DNA from: Promethearchaeota archaeon | GTDB lineage: Archaea; Asgardarchaeota; Lokiarchaeia; Sigyniarchaeales; SOKP01 | NCBI GenBank assembly: GCA_019058365.1 | Contig: JAHPZE010000021.1 | Span: 1 to 64,000, forward strand | DNA: 64,000 bases | Direction: 5' to 3' | Part shown: positions 39,894 to 50,141 of the stretch, piece by piece | Numbering within the stretch: position 1 is the first letter of the stretch | Layout: each line of letters begins with the position of its first letter | Position numbers and translations under genes: made by a program | Notes under the pieces: generated by a model | Database searches by the model: none | Seen by the model: only the letters and a program-made list of their open reading frames with translations | Told to the model about the DNA's origin: nothing

Positions 39894-41573
39894 ATGAGAG
39901 CGAACCAACTTAATTTTAAAGAAAGTATATGGAGAACTGTTAAGCTTAATTCAGATAATGATATATTTGAAAGTGAAAAATCTAGTACTCCTTTAATCTC
40001 CGTGATAATACCCATATTTAATGAAGAAAAGACAATCAGAAATGTCATTGAAAGAATACCCAATCATCAACGGTATGAAATTATTTTAGTAGATGACGGT
40101 TCAACTGATAATAGCTTAAAAAAAATTCTAGAGATTAATAACCGCGAGATTAAGATAATCAAACATGAAAATAATCAAGGGTATGGAGCTGCGGTTTTAT
40201 CTGGTTTTAAGCATGCTGCTGGCGATATCATAGTCACAATGGATTCAGATGGACAACATAATCCTGAAGAAATCTCTGCTTTAATTAAACCAATTTTTAG
40301 TGATAAAGCCGATATAACAGTTGGATCAAGATACTTGGGTAATGCCAATTATAAAATCCCTCTTTATATACGTATAGGAGAGTATTTTGTTAGGATCTGC
40401 TTAAGATCATTGTATAGGCAAAGAGTTTATAATAATCAAAGTGGATTTAGAGCATTTAATTATTCAAGCTTAAATATATTTAAGAAGATGAAACAAACCA
40501 CATTTGGATTTTGCACTGAAACACTATTCGAAGCTGCTTACAATAGATTAAGAATTTCTGAAGTTCCAGTTAATATGAATGGTAGAAAATATGGAAATTC
40601 AAATATAAATTTATTTAAGGTTCTTATATCAATTTCTTCTTGTGTTCTAAATTATTTGTTGAAAAGATTCAAACTAACCAGATTTTTTTCAAACCGAATT
40701 ATAATGCACCTTCCATTATTGGAGCAAGATAGTTTAAATAACCAAAATATATTAGATGGCCACTTTTACAAACGCAATATACATGATAATATTATCAGTT
40801 TGAAAGATAATTATATCTATCCAAATTTGAAAATAGGAATCGTTATTCCTGCTTTTAATGAAGAATTAAATTTGGATAAAGTCCTCTCAAAAATACCTAA
40901 AAATTTATCTAATAAATTAGAATTAATAGTTGTAGATGACGGATCAACTGATAATACTCAAGGAATAGCCCTTACTCATAAATCAATTGTTTTATGTCAT
41001 AATAAAAATAAAGGTTATGGAGCTGCGGTCAAAACTGGATTGAAATATTGCAAGAATAAAAAGTATGATATTACAATAATTCTTGATGGAGATGGTCAAC
41101 ATAATCCAAAATGTTTATCTCAATTTATAGATTCTATTATATTAGAAAACTTTGATTTTGCTATTGGAAATCGATATTATTTTCCTTATAAAATGAAAGT
41201 ATCTAAAAAATTATGTTCAAAAATTATTAGCGCAATTTATTTGATTTTTTTCTCCAAAAGGATACATGATCCAACAAATGGATATAGAGCATTGTCATAT
41301 AAAACTTTGAAGGATTTAAACTTAGAATCAAATTATTCAATATCTCAAGAAATGTTATTAAAATTAGTACCAGAGTATAGTTTTAAAGAAATTCCAGTTA
41401 AAATAGACCAAAGAAAAAACGGTCATTCATTTGTAAAATTAAGACAATACTTTATCAAGATGTTCCTTATTGTTTTAAAATATTATGTATTCCCAAAAGT
41501 GAGAAAAATTTCTAGAAAAATCTTTAGTGAAGAAACAAGAAAAATAGTCGGTGTACACATCTTAAAGACTTAG
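39894..41573 (+). CDS. Tandem two-domain GT2 (both domains DPM1-like)
   Basis: Two complete motif sets: P.FNEE / VDDGSTD / N.GYG / D.DGQH / G.RY / G(F/Y)RA. Confidence 0.88.
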   Translation: MRANQLNFKESIWRTVKLNSDNDIFESEKSSTPLISVIIPIFNEEKTIRNVIERIPNHQRYEIILVDDGSTDNSLKKILEINNREIKIIKHENNQGYGAAVLSGFKHAAGDIIVTMDSDGQHNPEEISALIKPIFSDKADITVGSRYLGNANYKIPLYIRIGEYFVRICLRSLYRQRVYNNQSGFRAFNYSSLNIFKKMKQTTFGFCTETLFEAAYNRLRISEVPVNMNGRKYGNSNINLFKVLISISSCVLNYLLKRFKLTRFFSNRIIMHLPLLEQDSLNNQNILDGHFYKRNIHDNIISLKDNYIYPNLKIGIVIPAFNEELNLDKVLSKIPKNLSNKLELIVVDDGSTDNTQGIALTHKSIVLCHNKNKGYGAAVKTGLKYCKNKKYDITIILDGDGQHNPKCLSQFIDSIILENFDFAIGNRYYFPYKMKVSKKLCSKIISAIYLIFFSKRIHDPTNGYRALSYKTLKDLNLESNYSISQEMLLKLVPEYSFKEIPVKIDQRKNGHSFVKLRQYFIKMFLIVLKYYVFPKVRKISRKIFSEETRKIVGVHILKT

Positions 41574-41620
41574 AATTTTAAAGATATAAAGATTTTAATA
41601 AAGAAACTAAAAATTTCAAT

Positions 41621-42886
41621 TTATTTTAACACGTTTACTTTTTCTAAATTTCTTATATAAAATATAATGAAAGTAAATATTATTGTTAAAGAATGTACAA
41701 GAACTGTACTATAAAACACTCCAATAAACCCAAATAAATTTATGAATAAAAAATCTAGCCCTACATTAAAGACACCACCAATTGCAGTCAAATAAAACGT
41801 TAATTTTCCAAAACCCGTAGGAACTACAAAAGCTTGTATTAATATGACACCAAAAATCTTAAAAGGTATGAGGTATAGTAGAACATTCCAAATTATTAGA
41901 ATATTTTCATTATAGTATTCAGGAAATAAAATAGTTATTATAAATGGGAAAAAAAAAACCGATAAAAAGCTAATAATAAATCCCAGTATAAATATATAGG
42001 GCAGTTTGTTTAAATATTTTTTTATTAATGCAAATCTCTTTTTTGTAGCCATTTGGGTAATACTGGGAGCTAATATCTGTCCCAAAATAATAAATGGTAC
42101 AAAAATGAAATTAAAAATGCTATTAACTATTCTATAATAACTAATTTCAATAATAAAACCATAAGATTCTAAAATTAAAATATCTATATTAGTATATAAA
42201 AAATATGCCAAATTGGCAAAACCTATTACAAATGCGTAATTTAAAACTTTTTTTGCTAATTTTTTATCAAAAATATAATTTTTCTCATGTATAGATTTAA
42301 ATAATAAAATGAATAAAGTTAAATAGTAAATACCATGAAAGCTTAAAGCACCAATTATATCAAATAAAGTTATTAAAAAAAATGAAATTGGTAAAACAAT
42401 TATACCACTTGAAATTGATATAAATGACAATTTTTTAAAATTTTTTAATCCTCTATAAATACCATCAAATACATTAACTAAACTTATTAAAAAGATAAGC
42501 GGGATGAAAATAAGAATAAACTCAAAAATTTTCGTAAAAAAAAGTATGCTTAATAAATATAAAACAACTGATACTGCAGATGAAAATATGATGCACAATA
42601 TAAATGTTGAAAATATAATATCTTTAACCTTTTGAGGGGAAATAGTTTCATACTCTACGATGAATCTGCTAACAGAAGCACTAAGCCCAAATTCTCCAAA
42701 GATTATAAAAATTCCAATTACTGCCATTAAATAACTATAATCCCCAAATTGTATCGGAGTTAATAATCTAGCAACAATATAAAGAATTATAAATTCTAAT
42801 CCCATTTTTCCAAATGTTTGAATTGATCTCCATAGATAATTTTCTCCATGATTTTTATATATCTTAAATAAATTGATTTTTACCAT
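41621..42886 (-). CDS. Second Wzx-type oligosaccharide flippase
   Basis: VARLLTPIQFGDYS, EFGL..SVSRFI, YTNIDILIL; about 12 TM helices. Confidence 0.85.
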   Translation of the reverse strand: MVKINLFKIYKNHGENYLWRSIQTFGKMGLEFIILYIVARLLTPIQFGDYSYLMAVIGIFIIFGEFGLSASVSRFIVEYETISPQKVKDIIFSTFILCIIFSSAVSVVLYLLSILFFTKIFEFILIFIPLIFLISLVNVFDGIYRGLKNFKKLSFISISSGIIVLPISFFLITLFDIIGALSFHGIYYLTLFILLFKSIHEKNYIFDKKLAKKVLNYAFVIGFANLAYFLYTNIDILILESYGFIIEISYYRIVNSIFNFIFVPFIILGQILAPSITQMATKKRFALIKKYLNKLPYIFILGFIISFLSVFFFPFIITILFPEYYNENILIIWNVLLYLIPFKIFGVILIQAFVVPTGFGKLTFYLTAIGGVFNVGLDFLFINLFGFIGVFYSTVLVHSLTIIFTFIIFYIRNLEKVNVLK

Positions 42887-43159
42887 TTTTTATTTTCAAT
42901 TAAAATCTTGTTAAATCTTTAAAATACAAATATTATACATTGTTAGTATAAATTTTTTTCATCTTTTTTATTTTGACTTTTTTTTCTCTGCTTGTTTTTA
43001 AGAAACATGTCATAATAAAAAAAGATACAAAAGAAATTATATTTATTAAATAATTATGTTTATTAAATAGATTTAAAATGAGATTTTACATTTTAAATCT
43101 ATGAAAAAAATTTTCATAATTATAAAAATAGGTTTAACTCCTTTATTTAAGTAAATATA

Positions 43160-44071
43160 ATGAGCAGAAAAAAAGATTTATTTTCTTTTTCGATTTTAAT
43201 GGCAAGTTATAATAATGCAAAATACATAGAAACTGCCATAAAAAGTGTTATTTCACAAACTTATGAGAATTGGGAATTAATTATCGTAGATGATTGTTCA
43301 CCAGATAATTCAAATGAAATAATAACTAATTATCTAAATGATAAAAGAATTAAGCTTATACACCATAATTGTAATCAAGGGTACGGGGGCGCTTTAAAAA
43401 CAGCAATAAATAATTCTAAAAATGAAATTATTGGAATACTTGATGCAGATGATAAATTACATAAAAAAGCTTTAGAAATAATTGTAAATATTTATATTGA
43501 TTCTCCTAATTATGGATTTATTTATAGTACGATGTGGAAGTGCGACTCCAATTTAACTAATTGTAAAATTGATAAAGATATTAAAGAAATTATTCCAGCA
43601 AAGACTTTTATTTTTCATCCATATATTTCCCATTTTAAAACATTTAGAAAAAAAGACTATGATAAAACCCTAGGCTTTGAAATTACACAAAAAAGAAGTG
43701 TAGATAAGGATATTATATATAAACTCGAAGAAGTTACAAGGTTTAAATTCGTAAATATTCCTCTATATTACTATAGACAACATGATCAAGGAATCTCTCA
43801 AGGAAATAATGCAAATAAAGCAAAAGGATATGAATATATCGCAAAATATAAAACCTATATCAGAAGAATGAATAAAAGTATTCCTAATTATAAGAAAAAT
43901 GAGATAATTTTAGAATATTTCAAAATTACTTTTCACCCAATTATAAGAACTTTTATTAAATTCATACAAATGCTAAAAATTAAAAAATTAATCATTGTAT
44001 TACTTGATAGATTTCCAAATGTATCAAGAAAGAATTCCTTTTTAATTGCTATTCAAAAATTAATTAACTAA
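43160..44071 (+). CDS. Glycosyltransferase family 2
   Basis: SYN, SVISQTYENWELIIVDDCSPD, LDADD, LYYYRQH. Confidence 0.9.
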   Translation: MSRKKDLFSFSILMASYNNAKYIETAIKSVISQTYENWELIIVDDCSPDNSNEIITNYLNDKRIKLIHHNCNQGYGGALKTAINNSKNEIIGILDADDKLHKKALEIIVNIYIDSPNYGFIYSTMWKCDSNLTNCKIDKDIKEIIPAKTFIFHPYISHFKTFRKKDYDKTLGFEITQKRSVDKDIIYKLEEVTRFKFVNIPLYYYRQHDQGISQGNNANKAKGYEYIAKYKTYIRRMNKSIPNYKKNEIILEYFKITFHPIIRTFIKFIQMLKIKKLIIVLLDRFPNVSRKNSFLIAIQKLIN

Positions 44072-44097
44072 ATTTTAAATAAATTTAAATTAGAATT

Positions 44098-44883
44098 TTA
44101 TCTTTTAATCTCCAAATTAAGATTCTCATTCTCTTTAATTCTTCTAAAAATAGCGACAATATGTAGACACTTCGATTCATCTGTATAAAAATAGTTCCTT
44201 TTAATTAATGAAAATAATTTCTTTTTAAGAAAACTAAAACCTAATAGATCTAAAATCAGATAAAATTTTTTTAATAAATTACTTATGAATGTTTCATTGT
44301 ATAAAAAAAAGAAATTTTGTATTTTGAAATACTTTTTAAAAAGCTCTATTAATTCGTGTTTATTATAATGTCGATAATGTTTTGGTTGAATTTTTAGATT
44401 TTTTGAAGGAACTGAAACAAATAATAATCCTTTTATGGATATTAATTCACTGATTTTATGTATTAACTCATTTAAGTCTTGATCCGAAAAATGTTCAATA
44501 ACTTCCATTAGGATTCCTATATCAAAACTCTTACTTTTAAAATTTAGAATATTCTCGACGAAAAATCTTGATTTTTCATATTCATTAAAAGCTTCTGCAA
44601 AAGAAATCGCTTTTTTGTCTTTATCAATACCAATGATTCTTTTAATATTATTGTAAAATTGTTGATTTCTACAAAGTTCATGAATTAATTTCCCATCCCC
44701 ACATCCGATATCAATTATAGACCCTGGTCGCAGTTTAAAAATTCTGTTTTTAATTAAATCTAAATAAGTGAAATATTCAAATCCGTAAGAAAAATTTTTA
44801 AAATTTAAATAATCATTTTTTATTTCTATCAAATAATGATAAGGAAATGAATACTGATCTTCTTGAATTTTATCTTTGTTCAT
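44098..44883 (-). CDS. Class I SAM methyltransferase
   Basis: IIDIGCGDG, GID, FD...MEVIEH, SVP, HYRHY. Confidence 0.87.
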   Translation of the reverse strand: MNKDKIQEDQYSFPYHYLIEIKNDYLNFKNFSYGFEYFTYLDLIKNRIFKLRPGSIIDIGCGDGKLIHELCRNQQFYNNIKRIIGIDKDKKAISFAEAFNEYEKSRFFVENILNFKSKSFDIGILMEVIEHFSDQDLNELIHKISELISIKGLLFVSVPSKNLKIQPKHYRHYNKHELIELFKKYFKIQNFFFLYNETFISNLLKKFYLILDLLGFSFLKKKLFSLIKRNYFYTDESKCLHIVAIFRRIKENENLNLEIKR

Positions 44884-45285
44884 ATAATATCAATACTCTT
44901 TATAGTTTACTACTTTTAAATCTATAGAAATTTATTAAAATGTAATATTTATTAACTTATTGAATATAATATAAAAATAATTAATTTCAGATTCAAATCA
45001 AGCTTTCCTAAAATATTAATTTTATTTGTTGTTTATAATTTAAGTTTATTATAAATTTAACTTTCATAGTTATCTAATTCATGAGAATCTTTCCAATTTT
45101 AAATTATTTTAGATGAATTATTATTGCTCTTAAAATGTTTTAAAGATCCTTATGGGTTAACAATTAATATTTCTTAAGTATAAATAAATGCTTGATAAAA
45201 ATATAAAATTGCAAATTGATTCAAAAAATAAACGTAAACTAAAAAATATTATAAATATTAAAAAGTAATAAAATTATAATTATTA

Positions 45286-46365
45286 TTGAGTATGAACCTA
45301 TATATTAAGAGCTTAAAGAATGGTATCAATATAGGTAAAAACCTTTTTATAGATACAATAAGAAAATGGAGTAATATTCCAAAAATTCGGTGCATAAGAT
45401 ATACAACAACATGGGAATGTAATAGTAAATGTGACAGTTGTTTTATTTGGAAAATAAATTCGAAAAAAGATGAATTAATGACTCTAGAAGAATTAGATCG
45501 ATTTACCAGTTCTGAACTTCTTAAAGATGTTAGAAGAATTATAATCTCGGGAGGTGAGCCCTTTTTACTTGAAGATTTACCGGAACGACTTCAAATCTTG
45601 CATGAGAATTGTCCAAAGGCTTATTTCGGTATGACAGCAAATGGTTTAACTCCTGATAGGATATTACGATTGGTAAAAAGAATCTTTGAATTATCTCCTG
45701 ATATTTGTATTAGAAATTTAGGATTAAGTTTGAATGGTCCCCCAGAAATCCATAATAGATCTCGAGGAATAGAAAATGCATTTGAGAAGACAATGAAAAC
45801 CTATGAATTAATCAAAGAATATCTTCCAGTAAGGTTTAGCTTCACTTTTTTACCATATAATATAGATCAATATAAATGGATAAAAAGTTTTGCTAAAGAG
45901 AAGAGAACAGATGCTTATATTTGTTGGACAGTTATTAGTAATAGATTCTTTGATAGAAACTTCTTAGGTGATTTAACTATTAAAGAATTTTATCAAAAAT
46001 TGAGACCTATGTTGAATAAAGAAGTAAAAAGAATTAGAGAAAAATATTTATTTAATTCATTTATTGAAGAAAGGCATTTAGATTGTACTGCATTTAGAGA
46101 TTTTTTTCATGTAGATCCCTATGGAAATATTTATCCTTGTAATTTTAATTTATCTGAGGATCGAATTCTTGGAAATGTTAAAGAAACTGATTTTGTTGAA
46201 ATTTGGACAAGGAAAAAAAGAACAGAAATTATCAATGATATTAAATCTGGAAAATGTTTATATCCCAATGGAGTTTGTGGTGATTCTGATATAAATTATT
46301 CAGTATCCCATACAGGAATGCACTGTATTTTGCTTTGGTATTTATCCTCTAATGGTAAAATCTAA
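45286..46365 (+). CDS. Radical SAM protein with SPASM/twitch domain
   Basis: CNSKCDSC, SGGEP, C-x12-GNIYPC, further C-terminal Cys. Confidence 0.9.
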   Translation: MSMNLYIKSLKNGINIGKNLFIDTIRKWSNIPKIRCIRYTTTWECNSKCDSCFIWKINSKKDELMTLEELDRFTSSELLKDVRRIIISGGEPFLLEDLPERLQILHENCPKAYFGMTANGLTPDRILRLVKRIFELSPDICIRNLGLSLNGPPEIHNRSRGIENAFEKTMKTYELIKEYLPVRFSFTFLPYNIDQYKWIKSFAKEKRTDAYICWTVISNRFFDRNFLGDLTIKEFYQKLRPMLNKEVKRIREKYLFNSFIEERHLDCTAFRDFFHVDPYGNIYPCNFNLSEDRILGNVKETDFVEIWTRKKRTEIINDIKSGKCLYPNGVCGDSDINYSVSHTGMHCILLWYLSSNGKI

Positions 46366-46489
46366 ATTCCATTTTGTTACAAACCTAGATATGTCTTTTT
46401 TATATATAATTTTTAAAAACTTAAAAAACAATTAATTAAGAATTAATTGAAGATATTAATTTTAAAGATTAGTAATGTCTTACTGAGAT

Positions 46490-46864
46490 ATTGTAACTAG
46501 TATTCTCAATATATATCTTCCGTATAACTTTTTAGGCATATAAAATTGCCTTAACATTGATGTTATAATTGCCTTTTAGCATTTTTACCGATTGAGGGGC
46601 GATCTTAAACGCAGTGAGGTGATAGACCATACTGACATCCTTAAAACAATCTAGTAAGAAATTTAAATCTCGAATATCACCCTTTTGAAATTATAATTTG
46701 TTATGTTTAAAATCTTCATCTAAGGTTTCTAATCTTCTATTAAATAAATTGCCCATACCAACCATTTCAACACCTTTTCCCAACAAACTATCTGTTGGGG
46801 TGCTTCCAATTAACCCCACTATCACTGTGACAATCATTTTCTTTTCTTTAAAATTCTCTGACAT
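46490..46864 (-). pseudogene. Decayed N-terminal copy of a WbpP-like NAD-dependent epimerase (3' limit approximate)
   Basis: Minus frame reads MSENFKEKKMIVTVIVGLIGS...NLF..RL...*FQKGDIRDLNFLLDCFKD...YH...PQSVKM...*, with in-frame stops. It is colinear with the 26857-27828 protein. Confidence 0.85.
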
Positions 46865-47018
46865 ATCACATGTTAACTTTTAGGACAATTGAATTGATTT
46901 AAAATTTATTAATTATTTCTTTTATTCATTGAATATAGAGATATAATAAATAACTATTCTTATTAAAATATTTTAATAAATTAAATAATTTTATAAATAT
47001 AATTCTAAAATACTATAA

Positions 47019-50000
47019 ATGAAAAATTTTAAATCAATGAAATTAAATAAATTTCAAATTTTTTCAATAATTTTATTTGTTTCTTTATTTATAATTCTTT
47101 ATTTCAATTTTATAATAAATTTATATATTCTTCCTAACAATTTAGAGATTCCTTTTATTTCTTTAATTGGATTTGCTATTATTATTATTGGGATTTTCTA
47201 TCTCTTTCTTGACATAAACAATAATCACACTTGTAAAAGATTTATTATTAGATTTAAATTTATTAACGAAAATGGCATAAAATCACTATTTTTAATTTTT
47301 ATGATTATAGGTTACTTTATTCCTCCAATAACTTTTTCAGAAGTAATAATTGATTGGAGTCAAATTGGATATTCAAATTATATTAGAGTGGTCTTAACTT
47401 TAATTGGAAGTGCTTTTCTTCCAGGTGCTTCTATTTATTCAATTATTTTTCCAAAAAACCAGTTTCCAAATAAATTTAAAGTTGAATCCTTTTTGTTTAA
47501 AATTACACTTTATCCCATTTTATCTTTTACATTATTAGGGACTTTCACATTATTATTTGATTTTATTGGATTAAATAGAGAATTATATTCAATAATGATC
47601 TTTCTCTTCATAATATTTTTATTTATTTTTGATCTCTTAAATCAGAAATATAAAAACAATACTAAATCTTACTTATATAAAAATACGATTGATATTTCAA
47701 AAAGTACGGTTTTTATTTTATTAATCTCAATAGGAGTTATAATATGTGCTCTTGGTGTTCATTTATCAACTGTATATTTAATCCCTGGAGATAGTTGGAG
47801 AGGTATTAATTACTCTTATTTTGTTTGTCGAGATAACGGAGGAATCTTTAACAAATTTTGTGGTAGTGATTACACAGTTTATTGGGGGTATATATCATAT
47901 AGTTTAAGTGTATTATGTGGTATTCCCTATATTAATATAAATGTTTTATTGATAATTTTTGAATATTTATTTGTCACATCATCTTATCTTTTTATGAAAG
48001 GTTTACTAGGAAATTTAAAAGAAAAATACATCTTATTATCAACTATTGTTTGTATAACATTTTCTGGACTTTTTTATGTATTCAACTCCTACTTAGGAAG
48101 AAATAATTTATCAGCTTTAATTTTTGATGGAATTCTTAACTTTCGATATAAAAGTTTTGCTCATGTTTCATTAATATTGGCATTAGCACTTTTTGTGGTT
48201 ATTAGTAAAAATTCAAAAAAGTCTAAAATTAAATCTCTATTAAAAAATGAAAATTCTTCCGCAATAATTTTAATCGCTTTTTTAATTGCCCAAAGTTTCA
48301 TAATTTACTTCCTTCCTTTTATCGCAAGTTTATCATTTTTAATATCATATTCTATATTTTCATATAATAAATCTCAAACCTTTCGATTATTACTCAGCTT
48401 TATACTATATTTCATTGTAATTTTTATTATCTTAGATATTATGTCAATCTTCTTTTTCAGTTGGATTTCAAGATCGCTAATATTCTTATTTATTGGCTTA
48501 CCTTTGGTTTTTAATGAAGAATTATTAATTCTCAATACTCTTTTCTTATACTTCGCTTTTTTTTGTTTGGGTGCATTTTGTTATTTGTTAAATAAAAAGG
48601 ATCTAAATCACATCTCGGTTAGATTTAAATGTTATTATAAAATTAAATCAGCTTATTTATTCATAATTTTCATCAGTCTTTTTTCAATATTAATTGGGAT
48701 TCAAGTAATTTTTAATATTCTCTTAAATTTTGATCAGAATTTTCTTACCTTCCTCTTAGACACTATTTTTTTTCCATTAGGAATTATTGGGATTTTGGGC
48801 ATTTATTTTAGTTATTATACATTTTTAAAAGACAAAAAATTATTTTATGTTTTACTATTCTGGAGTTGTCTTGCTTACCTAATAGCTTCATTAATAATAT
48901 TTCAAAATTGGATTGAATTATTTCCTTTATCACCTCAAGAGATACCTGATGAACAATATCATAATATGGTGTATTGGTTTAGCAGAAATTGGTATTATGC
49001 AATATATCCTTTATCAATTTTTTTTTCTATAGGTATACTAAGTTTAAAAAAAATTATTAAACAAAAAAGTTGGATTAAGCCAAGGAAGAACCTCAGATTA
49101 ATAAATTGTTTGACTTATAGTTCAATTATTATTTTTTTCTCTCTTTCAAATACCATAATAGCTGCAACTGAATGGAATAATTGGTATTCTGTAACGGATG
49201 ATGAAGCTCAAATGATGGGATGGATCTCAAATAATATACCTATTGGATCTTATATATTAGCCGATTCTAATAGATATAACCCATTAGACGATATAATACA
49301 TTGCACTAACTATATTCGAGATTTTACTACTGAGCTTTATGATGCATTAGGTTTTGATAAATATAATTTATGCTATTATAATCAGAAATATATAAATTGG
49401 AGTGTTTTTTATATCTATGATGCAAAATGTGAAGTAGAAAATATTGAAGATTTAAATGGACAAAATAATACTTTAAAATTTATTGACAATAATAGCAATG
49501 GTAGCACACAATTAAATATCAAGTTTGGTGACTCACAAACAAATGGATATATAAATTTTTCATTTAAAATATCAAATAAAGAATTTAATAATTTTAATAT
49601 AAATTTAACATCACACCAAAATGATAAAAGCGTGTCAATAATTCTAAAAATGGATACGATATACTGCTTTAATGGTACAAAATATCAAAATATAACTAAT
49701 ATTGATAATGATGTATGGTATAATTTAAAAATATTGTTTGAAACTACTAATAACAATTATGATGGATTGGATAAATATCAATGGAATTTAATTATTGATG
49801 GAACCAAATATGGTCAATTTAATTTTATAGAAAACATAACAAAAATAGATGAAATTAAATTTACAACGGGTAAGAATGTTTATAATCATAACTCTTATTT
49901 AACTAATATGTCCTTCTCTTGGGCAGAAAAAGTTACTGATATTGAGTCATTAGTATCAAAAATTCCCATAATAATCAAACATTTAATTCAAAATAATATT

Positions 50001-50126
50001 AGTTATTTTATTCTATCTGAATCTTTTGAAGAGAGATTTAAAGCTGAGGAATTAACATTATCTTTTTACAGAAACAAACTTTTTGAATATGGTAATATTG
50101 GTTTTTATTATGCAGACGAAATTTAA
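47019..50126 (+). CDS. Polytopic membrane protein, putative GT-C fold, with inserted beta-rich domain (paralog 2)
   Basis: FLPG, GDSW, YWGYIS, WFSRNWYY, WISNNIP; Asn-rich beta-sandwich-like segment (WYNLKILFE...W.LIIDG). Confidence 0.72.
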   Translation: MKNFKSMKLNKFQIFSIILFVSLFIILYFNFIINLYILPNNLEIPFISLIGFAIIIIGIFYLFLDINNNHTCKRFIIRFKFINENGIKSLFLIFMIIGYFIPPITFSEVIIDWSQIGYSNYIRVVLTLIGSAFLPGASIYSIIFPKNQFPNKFKVESFLFKITLYPILSFTLLGTFTLLFDFIGLNRELYSIMIFLFIIFLFIFDLLNQKYKNNTKSYLYKNTIDISKSTVFILLISIGVIICALGVHLSTVYLIPGDSWRGINYSYFVCRDNGGIFNKFCGSDYTVYWGYISYSLSVLCGIPYININVLLIIFEYLFVTSSYLFMKGLLGNLKEKYILLSTIVCITFSGLFYVFNSYLGRNNLSALIFDGILNFRYKSFAHVSLILALALFVVISKNSKKSKIKSLLKNENSSAIILIAFLIAQSFIIYFLPFIASLSFLISYSIFSYNKSQTFRLLLSFILYFIVIFIILDIMSIFFFSWISRSLIFLFIGLPLVFNEELLILNTLFLYFAFFCLGAFCYLLNKKDLNHISVRFKCYYKIKSAYLFIIFISLFSILIGIQVIFNILLNFDQNFLTFLLDTIFFPLGIIGILGIYFSYYTFLKDKKLFYVLLFWSCLAYLIASLIIFQNWIELFPLSPQEIPDEQYHNMVYWFSRNWYYAIYPLSIFFSIGILSLKKIIKQKSWIKPRKNLRLINCLTYSSIIIFFSLSNTIIAATEWNNWYSVTDDEAQMMGWISNNIPIGSYILADSNRYNPLDDIIHCTNYIRDFTTELYDALGFDKYNLCYYNQKYINWSVFYIYDAKCEVENIEDLNGQNNTLKFIDNNSNGSTQLNIKFGDSQTNGYINFSFKISNKEFNNFNINLTSHQNDKSVSIILKMDTIYCFNGTKYQNITNIDNDVWYNLKILFETTNNNYDGLDKYQWNLIIDGTKYGQFNFIENITKIDEIKFTTGKNVYNHNSYLTNMSFSWAEKVTDIESLVSKIPIIIKHLIQNNISYFILSESFEERFKAEELTLSFYRNKLFEYGNIGFYYADEI

Positions 50127-50141
50127 TATTATTTTATCCGA

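Noticed and set aside
46698-46883. 61-aa plus-strand ORF
   Set aside because: Antisense to the epimerase pseudogene.
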